DNA of 64,000 nt, taken from positions 60,304,788-60,368,787 of the forward strand of contig CM120640.1 of NCBI GenBank assembly GCA_051362555.1, in the 5' to 3' direction. The translations under genes were made by a program, and so were the position numbers. This document shows positions 53,040 to 64,000 of this stretch, piece after piece. Position 1 is the first letter of the stretch, and every line of letters starts with the position of its first letter. The stretch is from Lingula anatina. Lineage: Eukaryota > Animalia > Brachiopoda. Under the pieces are notes generated by a model, which was given only the letters and a program-made list of their open reading frames with translations, was not told the origin of the DNA and ran no database searches.

Positions 53040-56000
53040 TAAATAAAAAATAATAATAATAATTTTCTCTTTATTTCCCTCAGTGTTTAAAGCATAATGC
53101 ACTGGTCCAGGAATGTTTCTCACACTTCACAATGTAGCCATGAAGATGCACTTATGATTTATTTTGAATTAATTATTGAATTCTAAGAGTTCATAGTATT
53201 CTTATATTACTTTATTGTCATTGAGTAATAATTAGACCATATTAACCTTGAAAGTTATTGTTATTTTGCTAACATGTCCTCATGTTATAGTTAACACATG
53301 TAAGTTTTTTATAGTTATTTAGCAAAATTTAATGATATGCTACAACATTTATTCTGAAATGCCTGTGTTTTCTGTCTAACTGTAGTCAGTACAGTGTTGT
53401 CGTAGTTATGAAGCACCTCGTTTTGCTACCACAAAGCTCTTCTCCTTATACCCAGATACGCATTGATGTCATCTAAAATAAAATTAAAATTGATTTGTAC
53501 ATTATTTTGTAAAATTGCAAGTCTGTTCAGTTCCAAAATTGAGGCTGTGCTAAAATGATTTAAAGATTGATTGACTGCCAATTAGCCTAAAAATAATATT
53601 GCCATGTTGATGTTTTCTGCAGCTTACCTATATCAGGTTTTGTACATGTTTTGACATATGGAGAAGAAGGACTACAAAAACCCTGGCAACATTCATTGTG
53701 GTACTTGCACTGAAATGATAGAACCATTGGTATTAAATAAATATGAAACTTATTGCTCTTCTTCTGTGCATGGTGGTTTAAATTAACAACTGTACAGACA
53801 AAAGACTTAAAATGAAAATGAGATTGTCTTTCTTTATTATTGTCATTGTGAATATTAAAAGTTGAGAAGGTGTCTTGATAAGTTTCACTGTGTGTCATTG
53901 ATGCCAATTGATGGCAGTACCTACCCTGTATCCTGTAGGCCTACAACGCATTAATCGACAAACCCCCTTATAGCACACGGCAGCTCCACAACAATTGATA
54001 TCTCGCTGGCACTACCCAAAAAACAATTCCATAAAGAGCAAGGTGCATTTGAATTACTTATCTCATATTTATTTAAAGTTAATTGTAGGAATCACTTACA
54101 GACAAGATGACATTTTCCCCTTTTGAAATAAGCACATATTTGTTAAATCCTGATACATAGCTTTCCAAACCTGATAGAAATGACCGGTATGAATAAGGTT
54201 CACACTCACCCACTCTCCAGTATTTGTACAAGCCTCTGTGAACACTGCAACAATCCCAATGGCGCAAACCATAAAAATTATTTTTACACTTGATGTCATG
54301 ATGAATCTGAAGAAAAGGGAATAAAAATGACTTAAGTATTTAACTAAGAAATGTTTTGAGAAAATATTACCTTTATTCTCAGATCCAGCAAATGAATAGA
54401 TTAACTATATGTGTATCTTTCCTTTCAAAAATGTAAAATTCATAACCTATGTTGTGGTTAGCAGCTTTCCTCTCTTGGCCTAGAATATGCTTTTCTAAAT
54501 CACTGCACGTTCCTTTTATTTCATAGTAATAGCCTAGTTCTCCAGAAGTGATCATCTGATTGGTGTCATTTTCCTTGGATCATCTCTCTCAGTGGCTCAG
54601 TCACACAACAATTTTCATAATGAATGGAAAAGAATTGCTGCTCATTAAGAATTATTCAAGTAATCTGCAAGTCAGTCTTGTGTTGTTACAGTCTTTCATT
54701 GTTAATGACTTGGAGGTTAGCATCTAGAAATTTTTTTTCAAAAATAACAATTTCAAACAAACAATTTAGATCCTTGAAATTTCTAGTTGTGTCACTACAA
54801 CCCACTCATACAACTCTTAGCTGTTGATAGAAAGCGGGGAATTTCTAGTACAACCCACTTGGCTCACTTCTACCTGTAGTTCTGTCTTGCTGAATTTTTG
54901 TCTAATAAACCTTGCTGTTGTTCCTCAAAATATTTGATAGAAAACCTGAATTTTTTAGTACAATCAGAATCCACTTGAGTCTCATTTATCTGTAGTTCAG
55001 TCTTGTGGATAGAAAACATGAAATGTTCAGTACAACCTACCTGTATAACCTCTAGTTGTTGACAGGAGTGGAATTTCTTGAATGACTCGCTGGCTGGTTT
55101 TATCTGCAGGTTAGACTTATTGATAGGGAAAAATAAAATTTCCAATGTGACCACCTGAAGTTCTAGCTGTAAATTGGTTTTGTAGTTTGAGAAGCAATAT
55201 ATATTGACCAGAAGAGCCTTGATTGTATCTACTTGTCAAGTTATGTCCTGTTAATGGTCCAAAAAGTGATGAAATGATAATCCTCCTAGAGAATAGAGCA
55301 TTTGGGTAATAAACCCAATGCTTCATGTGATGGTTTAAGGTCTTGAGGGAAAGCCAAATGACTTGCAGAATGAAAGGTTTCATGATATCTCCACTCCCTA
55401 GAGGAAGGAGTCTCATTAGTGGGGAGCACTAATATGGATTTGACAGGTCATTAATTCTTACTCAACCAAAACAATCTTCTGATACAATTAACCAGCTACA
55501 CTATCAAAATTAAATTGAATCTTATCAATCTTATGGGACACGCTCCATGAAATGCTCCTTGGTAGCTGTAACATTTATTAAAGGGGAAAAGTTGATGCAT
55601 GTAGTTCTTTTTTTCTTTCAACCCACTCAGATATATTAATCATGTTACATGATAGAGATCACGAAATTTGGTGTGATATTTATGGGGGAATGGAGTAGGA
55701 TTGGCATCAGACTTCTGAGTGTGTGGGCATTTATTCCTGCATCAGGGAAAACCTTTAATTTTCTGAAGTGTACATGTTCAGTCCCTTTCCTGTGATTAGG
55801 TTTTTATAAAAAAATCATACTCCTGATGTAACAGTATTGTTAAGATGTTAAGATTATTATATTGTGATCTATACTATAACTGTAAATATTAACAACATTC
55901 TGAAAATTTTTTGAAACAGTTGGTTTGATGGTAAATGGCCACTGCCTTCTGTGGAATATCAGCATTCACATTTTGAAAATGTATCTCAAAACTTAATGTT

Positions 56001-59000
56001 GAAAAAGAGTAAATCATTCCTGGTAGCAACTATCTGACAGTAAGAAACTCATTGTCACTTTTCAAACATTTGCACAGACTATTGCTCTAATAGAGTACTG
56101 AGCATGCTGTTTGTGTTGAAAAATTGCAGTCAGCTGGTTATAAGGTTGAATTGGGTGAGAAAAATACAGTACTCTGATTGGCTTAGAGTTACCAATGATT
56201 GACTGACAGTGATAGGTCAATTCTGTGGCCTTTGAGGGTGTCCAGTTTTTCTCTACATTTAACCACTGATTTTAACATAACTTCAACTTCAGACTGTGGA
56301 TGATGCTCAAGCTCAGCACTACAACTTTCTAATTCTCAGTGCCTACTTACACAGTTAAAGCTAACCTGCTCAAAAGCCATCTTGTTTCTTTAACTGGGAG
56401 TATTTTTCAATCTCTGGAAATCTCTTGAGGCCCTCTTTTCACATGGAATGGGTTAAATCTGTTTATTGAAAAGACTCGTAGACAGAGAAGAGGAGATATT
56501 TAATGAGGCCAATGATTTGTGTGCTTTCTCTTTTAGATTTCTGAGAAATATTTGAGGGAAACTGATAGTTGTTTCTAGATGTGGATACTACTTGCAATTT
56601 TTATAGATTTGTCAGATTATGATTATTGCAATAGTTACAGTGGCTTCTGGTATTCCCAGATAATACAAAATGATCTTTTATCTTTAAATTTAAAAGAAAC
56701 AGAAGCACAATGCTGATCTGTTTATTTGATATTGCTGGACATAGAAACTGTTTACAATAATTATGATCTCTTTAATTAAGTGAAATTTTCTTAAACAGAT
56801 CAACAATATTAGTGATGATGATTCAAGTAATGGCCGCAAATCACCACTTGTAAGTACTTTTTTTCTGAAATACACTCTAATACAAGTTTGAATGTAACAT
56901 AAGTGCTGTTGTACGTTGATCAAAATATTGCATCTGCTGCCAAGCAATCAAATTTTTGTATCATTGATGTTATCACATGGAAGACCCATTCATGAAATTG
57001 TCTTGAAATTGTCTCAATTGTCTTGAAAATTTCTTAAAAAACTTAGTTGACCATTTGTGTTTGGATTCCAGGTGGAAGCTGGAGACCAGATCCAGACCCT
57101 ACAGAAAGCATTACTGGATTATTTAGCTGCCAACAGACACAGTGACCCTGCAGTCCTGGTAAGTGCTGCACAATTCAAATTAACAAAACAGAACGTTTGT
57201 TCCTGAACTGTCAGTGAAACAATCATCATTACTTGATTATGTATTAATTTGATTAATGGTATTGCCTATTGAAATGTGAAAAATTGCTTTCAGTATCATT
57301 AATGTCAGATCACTGTCTGGGAGCAAAGCTAATGGACATTTTGTGAATGTGCAGTACTGGAAATATATTAGCCCTGAGTATTTAAACGCAAAAGTCATCT
57401 TAAACCAAGACCCCATTCCCATAGATTTTAGATCGATCTGTCCATGTGGGGAGTCTCACTAGATTACTATCAGCGTCTGTCTCGCCTACTAAAAGCTGTA
57501 AGGGGGTAATTAATTATGGTGCGCGCTCGGCTGACTACAATTTAGCGTGAACCCCCAAGGAGTTAGGTTGATCTAAATCTAAATCTCTGGATCGATCTAA
57601 ATCTCTGGGAATGCACCTTAAGTAATGAAACCTTGGATTGTTTAATGGCCAATGCTCTTAGAAAAATAGAAATGTTGATTAGCATTAAGATGAAGCAGAA
57701 AATAACTTTTGATTGCAGGAAAAATTAATTTATGAGTTTCCTATCTGAGTTTTATGGGCAGATAAACGGGTGAAGGTTTTCAGGATTATGCCTGATTTCA
57801 GGCTTTTCAGTCTTCATTTTGATCATTTTTTTTTTTTCATATGGTCCAAATGCCATAAGAAATTGCAAGCTAAGTTTTCAGGATTTTCAGTGTTTACAAC
57901 TTTCACTGGTGGATTTATACATATTTGAGATTGAAGTAAAAACTGAATGTGTGTAATTGGATTTTTTGACATTGTTTGAAACAAATTAGCTCATGAAATT
58001 TGATTTATTAGCAAACACTTTTCTTCATTTTCTTCATACTCCTTCGATCTGTGACTATTAAACAATATTCTTTTTTGGAATTTTAATGGCAAAATGGAGT
58101 CTGGGTTTAAACTTAGCACAATCAGATAATTTCTACCAAAGTTTTTGCACATTTTGACTTATTTTGTTTGCATTACTGTAGTGGAAGCCCCATATTTACC
58201 AAATAGTGATACTGTTAAAGCTGCAAATTGTAATATACAGGTCTAATTCTTAAGGATATTGTCACCCTTTGCCCAAAATTCCTTATTTACTGCCTTACAT
58301 ACATTCTATTGGGAAATAAATTAATCTTCAGTGTTCAGCGACTAAATTAATTAACATTTACACATATTTCATTGTACGGATAACGTTTAATTACGATTTT
58401 GGGGTAAAAACTGAAAAATCTGTTTAGTACTCCAAAACCCTGTCAGCAATTTTTCTTAAAATTCTTAGTTCAGATTTTATTGTTGATAAAACAAAATGCC
58501 AGAAACGTGACTTACTTTCTTCACCAACCAAGATATACCAACATGTTGGATATCAATGAAAAGCTTGTTTTAACAGCTTTTTGTTTCATAGCATTATTTT
58601 ATAGAAATTCATATTAGCAAAAATTTAAACTACAATGTCATATGACTCAATTTTTTTGTGCTCTGAATTGGATGGTTTATTTGACCAGGATCCACTCTAA
58701 TCTGTCTGTGGAAGCAGTCTGGTCTGGCACAGTTGTCTTATGTAGATAATGGATTATTTGGTTTACCTTCACCTTCCTTTCAAGGCCAAATAAGACCATA
58801 GAACAAAAACACAAAGAGTGAGGAATAACATTTATTTGATCAGCATGAATTTTATATGTGCCTGACATTATTTTGGTGTAGCCATTAAGTCACTGCCATA
58901 GAAATTTCTTTCTCGTTTATCTTGCATTTATCCCTATGAAACCACACTTAGGGGATATTATAACAGTCAGTGATAGTTTTGGGTACTTAACAGAGTTTAT

Positions 59001-62000
59001 AAATTGTACTTTCTTATTTTCTTCAGTTTTCAAGAAACTTCCTAATAGCACAGTGGATAAGGGATGCCACAACAGAAGCAGAAAAAATTGTACAAGCTGG
59101 GCATCAGAAGAAAACAAATGAAGATGATACAGATGATAGTGATGATGAGCCAGAAACAAGTCTTGCTGATGAAGTTCAAAAAACCTCAGAAGCACTCCAA
59201 ATGGCTGAAAGGAGGAAGCAGTTTTTGTTCTCTCAAATAACCCCTGATTCATCTTCCTTTTCAAGGTGTGTGGCTTTGCTGTTCAAAATTTAACAAACAT
59301 CTCTTAATAATAATAATGATTTACAGACATAACTGAATATTTTCATACTTCGCTTTAGTACTTGTAAATATGCAGGTATCAATTGTTTTAGGTCAGTATC
59401 AAGTAAGTTAGATTATGACAGTGCCTGCCTGGTGGCCAGGTATCTTGCTTCCACACGCCCTTTTTCACAGAGTTTTGATGTCTATCTGACTCAGGTGAGT
59501 AATTCAGTGATTGGGATATAAGAGTTCTATAATGTCAAGTATGATTTCTGGTTATATGTTACATCAGCTCATTCATAAATGTTATATTTTTACAAAGTAA
59601 TGCATTGGTTTATAGTATATAACATACAAAGTGTACATTAAAACTCTTTAATTTTGATGTATGTTTTTCTTAATTTCAGATTTTAAAAGTCTTATGTGAG
59701 ACTGCTGTAGCAGTTAGAACCAAAGCAATGAAGTGTTTGACTGCTGTGGTAGAGGCAGATCCTGGGATTCTGGCACGAGTAAGTTGGCATGTTGCAGCAA
59801 CTAATATATAATAGACTGGCACATAATCCAAAGGTCAATTAACATGATATGCTTTGTTATACAAAGTGTAACTTTGTCTTTGTATTTCAGCCTGATATGC
59901 AAAGAGGAGTGCATGGCAGGTTCTTGGATCAGTCTACATCAGTGAGAGAGGCAGCTGTGGAACTGGTGGGCAAGTTCATCCTCATCCGTCCAGAGCTCAC
60001 TACACAGTATTATGAAATGTTGTCTGATAGGATTTTGGTAAGTATGCTTCACGCTGTGACCGTGTAATTCGATGAATTTATAGTAAATAGTGTTTTTAAA
60101 ATATTAAATTTTTAGGACTAAAAGAACTTGTTTACAAAATTGATTTGAATTAAGCTGGTAAATGGTAGCAATTACTATGAAATTTAAATCAGTTTTGTAA
60201 CTTCAGTTTTACTTAAATCTCATGGTTTATTATCTTTAAGGACACTGGGATCAGTGTGAGAAAACGAGTCATCAAAATATTCAGAGATATATGCACAGAA
60301 CAACCAGACTTCAGCAAAATCCCAGAGATGTGTGTCAAGATGATCAGGAGAATCAATGATGAAGAAGGAATAAAGGTAAATCATACTGAAAATTAATTTC
60401 ACTCAGAAAAAGTTGCTCATGTTTTATGGTATGGTGTTATTCTGCTCCATCATGTCATACAATATGCACACACAGTAATAGTTTTTAAAATTATTATTTT
60501 ATTTTTTGAAGGTTTGATATTTTCATGCTTCTTTATGAAAAGTTGTCTACATAACTTAAAAGATGTCTGGATAAGTGAAAATAACACCAATGCTCTATTT
60601 GTATACCTAGTGCACTTTGATGAAGGAATATTCAAAAAAGAAAAAGATGTGGCTTAAAAGAAGTGTTTGGTCACATTGATAAATTTTCTTCCAAAATTTT
60701 ATTAAAGACTTGTATTATGTTCCAATTGTTTTCCCCCCAGAAACTTGTGAATGAAGTGTTCCAGAACATGTGGTTCACAGTAGTTAGAGATCGAGACACA
60801 CACAAGCTACTCACCAAAGTATTGAACATTACAGATGTGGTAAGAGTCTAATCTGACATAACTTATGCTGTCAAGAATTATTAGTTCAATGGTTTTCCAT
60901 CTTCTAGTGTTAATCAGATTTTAAGTATCCTGAATGTTCCATGTTTAAGTAAATAAAAGCTAAATGTATCATCTAGCAAAATTTTTTCTGGTATTATAAG
61001 ACACAAACTCAAACAAACTGTGCTAGTACTGCATTATAAAAGTAGAAGTAGCTGTCAATAAGTAAGAATTGTGTTCTTGCACCTGTTAATCGCCAATTTA
61101 CCATCTCTTCATCTTTTTCCTCACCGGAAATAGGTTGCTGCATGCAAAGACTCAGGTTATGAATGGTTTGAAACCCTCCTTGGCAATGTAAGTACATTTC
61201 CTTGTTGAGACTTATGTTTATGGTCATGTCATAATTAAGTACACTTAGCACTATCTCGCCCCTTAAAGAAATTGCTATTTGAAAGAATGGGTTGATAAAA
61301 GTTAACCATGCTATCCCAATATGCACACCACATTGAAACCAGGAAGCTATGATTACTCTGATCAAGCACTGGTAATAATTTGATATCCATTCACCAAGTA
61401 AGAGTAATATGACTTAAAATAAAATGTTTGAAGGTAGGAATTAAAAAAAGGTTATTATTTTGCATTGATGTTTACAATTGCAGCTCCTGAAAAAAGAGGC
61501 AGATCATGCCTTTGGTCCAGTGGAAAAGTCGTGTAGACAGATAATTGACTGTCTGGTAGAAAATGTCCTCAAATTGGAAGCAAAGGCTGTGGGTAAGTTG
61601 GTCTGTTAAGACATTTAATTTAGCATTAAAATAGCATTAAGTAAGATTTCAAATTTTCAGTATCTTTATTACTGCAATAAATGACTGATATTGCTATTTT
61701 CAGAACTTACTGAGGGTAAAGTGACCAGCAGTCAAAGGCTAGTAGCTTGTCTATCAACATTATACCTATTCTGCAAGATCAAACCTGACATGGTGGTGCA
61801 ACATGCAGAAACATTACAGCCATACTTGGATATCAAATGCAGTGTAAGTCAGTCCATTTGTGTTGAATGTTATACAGTCAGGTAACAGCACAATACAGGA
61901 AGCAGTCTTTGGGTTAATGTATCTGTTAAAGGTACTGTCACACTATAGCAGGTAGCACTAACAAATTAAAAAAATTGCTCATAAGCAGACAAATGCAAAA

Positions 62001-63424
62001 AAGTTTATATTTTTGTCATTTCCATCTTGAGTATGCAGACAAACATTTATGTGCGTTTGCATATGGAGAAGGAGATTAATGTTTTGAGCATGTTCAAAAA
62101 CAATTTCATCCCCTGCTTATATATTAATTCTCCTTTGATGGAAAAAGGGTGATTTCAAAGTTGTGCATATAATTGATTTCACATATGATACTTATACTTA
62201 CCTCTATATGATAGGTGTGACAGAGCCTTAAGATGTGGCATTTTATGATAGTATTTTAGTTGTGGGACTATCATCAAATATCCCTTCTAATTGTTAGCCC
62301 TAGATAATCTTTCTGTATTACCTGTGCATGCTAACATATTTTGTTTGGTTTGTATTTTCAGACTCAGGGTGACTATATGGTGCTCCACTATATTGCTAGA
62401 GTGTTAGAGTTGGTGGTCCCATTAATGGAACATCCCAGTGAAGGCTTCCTAGCACAGCTGGAGGAAGACATGATGAAACTGGTGCTCAAACATGGCATGA
62501 TGGTAGGAGACTCCATATAAGTTTTTTTATTGTGCCAACCACCACATGTAGTTCTACAAAGAATATAGATCCATGCCAGTGGTCAGTTTTGAGTCTTCAT
62601 ATATATATATGTTTATACTTAGGCATTACTTTCTGTAATTAGGTATACTTTCTGTTGATGTCTGCTTGTATTTCACATATAAAAAATTGTGTTTCCATTG
62701 GTTCAGGTTGTGCAGAGCTGTGTGAGTTGCCTTGGATCAGTAATAAACCTTGTGTCCCATAACTACAAGCTAGTCAGAGATTGCTTTCAGAAGTTCTTTG
62801 GTAAGTTTGCACCTTTCTTGTCATATATATGTATCATGATATGATAGTATGGACATGATCATGCCAGTCAATTAGCTCATTTCAGCACAGCAAATATGTG
62901 GAATACAAGTAATCTTTAGTTTTTATTCTCGTCTGACAGTAGTTACAGTAAAACAGTGCCTAGTCTCATTCACCAACAAGTTTGCTTCATTACCATCTGA
63001 ATAGCAGGAGAGTTTGTCAAAAGATTTTCTATATTGCAGGTGTTCTGTGTAAGATCATGACAGAACACAAAAACAATCCCAAGAATCCAGCATTGGATAA
63101 CAGCAAGCCAACTTTACTGAGGGCTCTATTCACAGTTGGATTGCTGTGCCGACACTTTGATTTTGATGCCAAGGAAATGGGAGAGACTAAGGTATATCTT
63201 TATGTTGTGAAATAGTTTTGGTTTATTTGCTTGTCTTGTTGACAAAATGAATTGAGAGAGCATGGTAATCAATATAACTCATCTGTCATACAGATTTATC
63301 ATTAAGGGTAACATGATGCATTATTTGTTGCAGGCCTGTGTTAAAGACAGAGTGTTTGATGTCCTAATGTATTTTATAAGCCATGAAGATGAAGATGTAA
63401 AACACAAAGCATTGACTGGAGTTG
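36601..63424 (+). CDS. NIPBL: Nipped-B-like cohesin loader (3' incomplete, continues beyond window)
   Basis: N-terminus MNGEIPQIPITTLAGIASLTDLLPELPLP (MAU2-binding region). HEAT-region motifs include MPKQVYLEDVIDRI, DYRPLFENFVQDLL, RFLDQSTSVREAAVELVG and DTGISVRKRVIKIFRDIC. Exons: 36601-36664, 36933-37101, 39017-39129, 39317-39428, 40030-40163, 40368-40493, 40640-40824, 40974-41075, 45306-45336, 45478-45588, 46741-46959, 47089-47271, 47435-47541, 47673-47759, 48177-48411, 48603-48757, 48896-48976, 49244-49344, 49601-49745, 50978-51066, 51279-51408, 52470-52613, 56799-56849, 57072-57158, 59027-59265, 59392-59494, 59680-59778, 59891-60037, 60241-60375, 60741-60839, 61134-61187, 61484-61592, 61704-61843, 62362-62502, 62707-62800, 63040-63191, 63334-63424. 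Confidence 0.97.
37193..37449. mobile_element. Near-perfect palindromic (foldback) PIF/Harbinger-type MITE
   Basis: ggcttcgttcacatgcaatgtcta...tagacattgcatgtgaacgaagcc; the arms pair over ~120 bp around ttactataag x2. TSD TAA at 37190-37192 and 37450-37452. Confidence 0.92.
37462..38578. mobile_element. CAG-terminal non-autonomous transposon with 5-bp TSD (hAT5-like), 1117 bp
   Basis: 11-bp TIR cagtgtttgac / gtcaaacgctg (1 mismatch). TSD tagaa at 37457-37461 and 38579-38583. Subterminal repeats acaggcca (left) and actcgc/tggcg (right). Confidence 0.82.
39510..39751 (+). mobile_element. Old ~240-bp MITE copy (Tc1/mariner-like)
   Basis: Imperfect TIR ctgtaattactcggatctt / aagatcaagtaattactg followed by TA. 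Interior shared with 36141-36390. Confidence 0.6.
41657..45138 (+). mobile_element. Helentron-associated non-autonomous element (HINE/DINE/pearl-like) with internal tandem repeats and a ~1.35-kb internal duplication
   Basis: T-run, then 5' hairpin tatgtacagacac-agaa-gtgtctgtacata (41659-41688), a (gccgat)n microsatellite and ~159-160-bp tandem monomers. 3' subTIR tgtctgtacat (45107-45117), small stem-loop cagc-ttt-gctg, and a cttgttt end. Confidence 0.75.
42463..42799 (+). mobile_element. TTAA-flanked MITE (Kolobok-like) inserted in the Helentron-type element
   Basis: TTAA at 42459-42462 and 42800-42803. Absent from the duplicated segment, which has the empty site ggacatttaacactg at ~44146-44160. 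Confidence 0.9.
45732..46685 (+). mobile_element. Internally deleted hAT-like transposon retaining a BED-like zinc-finger ORF remnant
   Basis: Perfect 13-bp TIR cagggatgctagt / actagcatccctg; direct repeat gataat at 45726-45731 and 46686-46691; subterminal ttccgg repeats. ORF 46044-46373 has KNRFSWSWL...WCVWC..IRYGSSGKKALKNHAKTTKH (CxxC...H...H) and then breaks off. Confidence 0.88.
53005..53062. repeat. (AAT)n microsatellite
   Basis: Imperfect AAT run. Confidence 0.85.
53426..54299 (-). CDS. Secreted inhibitor-cystine-knot (conotoxin-like/knottin) peptide precursor, 72 aa, nested antisense in a NIPBL intron
   Basis: Coding exons 54299-54210 (donor gtgagt), 53709-53628 (acceptor catttcag, donor gtaagc) and 53472-53426 (acceptor ttattttag). 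Product: MTSSVKIIFMVCAIGIVAVFTEA-CTNTGEWCKYHNECCQGFCSPSSPYVKTCTKPDIDDINAYLGIRRRALW*. Signal-peptide-like N-terminus; Cys spacing C-x6-C-x5-CC-x3-C-x9-C. AATAAA on the minus strand at 53353-53348. Upstream acceptor at 54307-54308 and donor at 54370. Confidence 0.85.
57408..57618. mobile_element. Degenerate MITE with inverted ends
   Basis: cattcccatagattttagatcgatc ... gatcgatctaaatctctgggaatg. TAA is present on the right only; the left end is eroded. Confidence 0.55.
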
Positions 63425-63487
63425 GTGAGTATGCTCAGAAGCATATGAAAGATGCATCTTGCATGTTTTGGTGTTAACTGGTCTTAA

Positions 63488-64000
63488 AGTCATAATAACT
63501 CTTCGTTTTGGCCAAAAATTGGATTTACCTGGAAAAAACGGCAATTTTCCTGTACTTACCAATGGTCAACGACCCCATTCCTGCATTCAAAGTTAATCCA
63601 GGGTTTTTTTCCTAAACGTACGTTTTTTTGTTAAAATCTCTTAAGAGATTTCAACTGACGGAGCCCTCTCTGAGATTGCATAGTCACTGGTGACCTACTT
63701 ATAACCGCGGGAAAAGCAGACAACAACAACACTATATAAATTCATGAGATATATTCGTCTTTTTGTTAAAAATGCATTTATATCCACAATGTGTGCCATT
63801 CTGGGCTTTTTGTTATCCGACGCACTGTACAAAAACTTGCAACTTACGTCTGCGTCTGCATCAACGCGTTTGGCGCCATGTTATTTTGGTCTCGAATGCG
63901 AGAATCTGCGTGACACCTTTACATCATTAGCAACGGATGCCTTGACGACCGGGAAGAAGGGCATCGAAAGCCCTATTGACAAGAACAGATTTTAGTTTTA
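63488..64000 (+). mobile_element. Left end of a longer relative of the TTAA-flanked (Kolobok-like) family, running off the window
   Basis: TTAA at 63484-63487, then agtcataataactcttcgttttggccaaaa...aaaatctcttaagagattt, matching the first ~165 bp of the MITE. After that the interior is different and CpG-rich. Confidence 0.7.

Overview
AT-rich, intron-containing animal genomic DNA. The repeat families and gene content suggest a lophotrochozoan, probably a mollusc, but that is an inference. Six protein-coding genes can be spliced by hand with GT-AG sites and consistent phases. (1) A + strand intermediate-filament gene with a full long-type rod, a proline-rich linker and an LMNTD1-like lamin-tail domain, with two candidate last exons (4039-12293/13036). 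(2) A Ctr/SLC31 copper-transporter-like gene (15082-18017, +). (3) A FAM167-family gene (20275-19354, -). (4) Peroxisomal SCPx/SCP2 thiolase (35039-23898, -). (5) NIPBL, head-to-head with SCPx, running off the window (36601->63424, +). (6) A small three-coding-exon antisense gene nested in a NIPBL intron (54299-53426, -), which the ORF track splits and obscures. It encodes a 72-aa secreted inhibitor-cystine-knot (C-C-CC-C-C) conotoxin-like peptide. Introns carry many non-autonomous elements: PIF/Harbinger MITEs, a TTAA-flanked MITE family, CAG-terminal elements with 5-6 bp TSDs, a Helentron-type element with internal ~160-bp tandem repeats, and a tRNA-derived SINE. Homology statements come from recalled family motifs; no database search was run.
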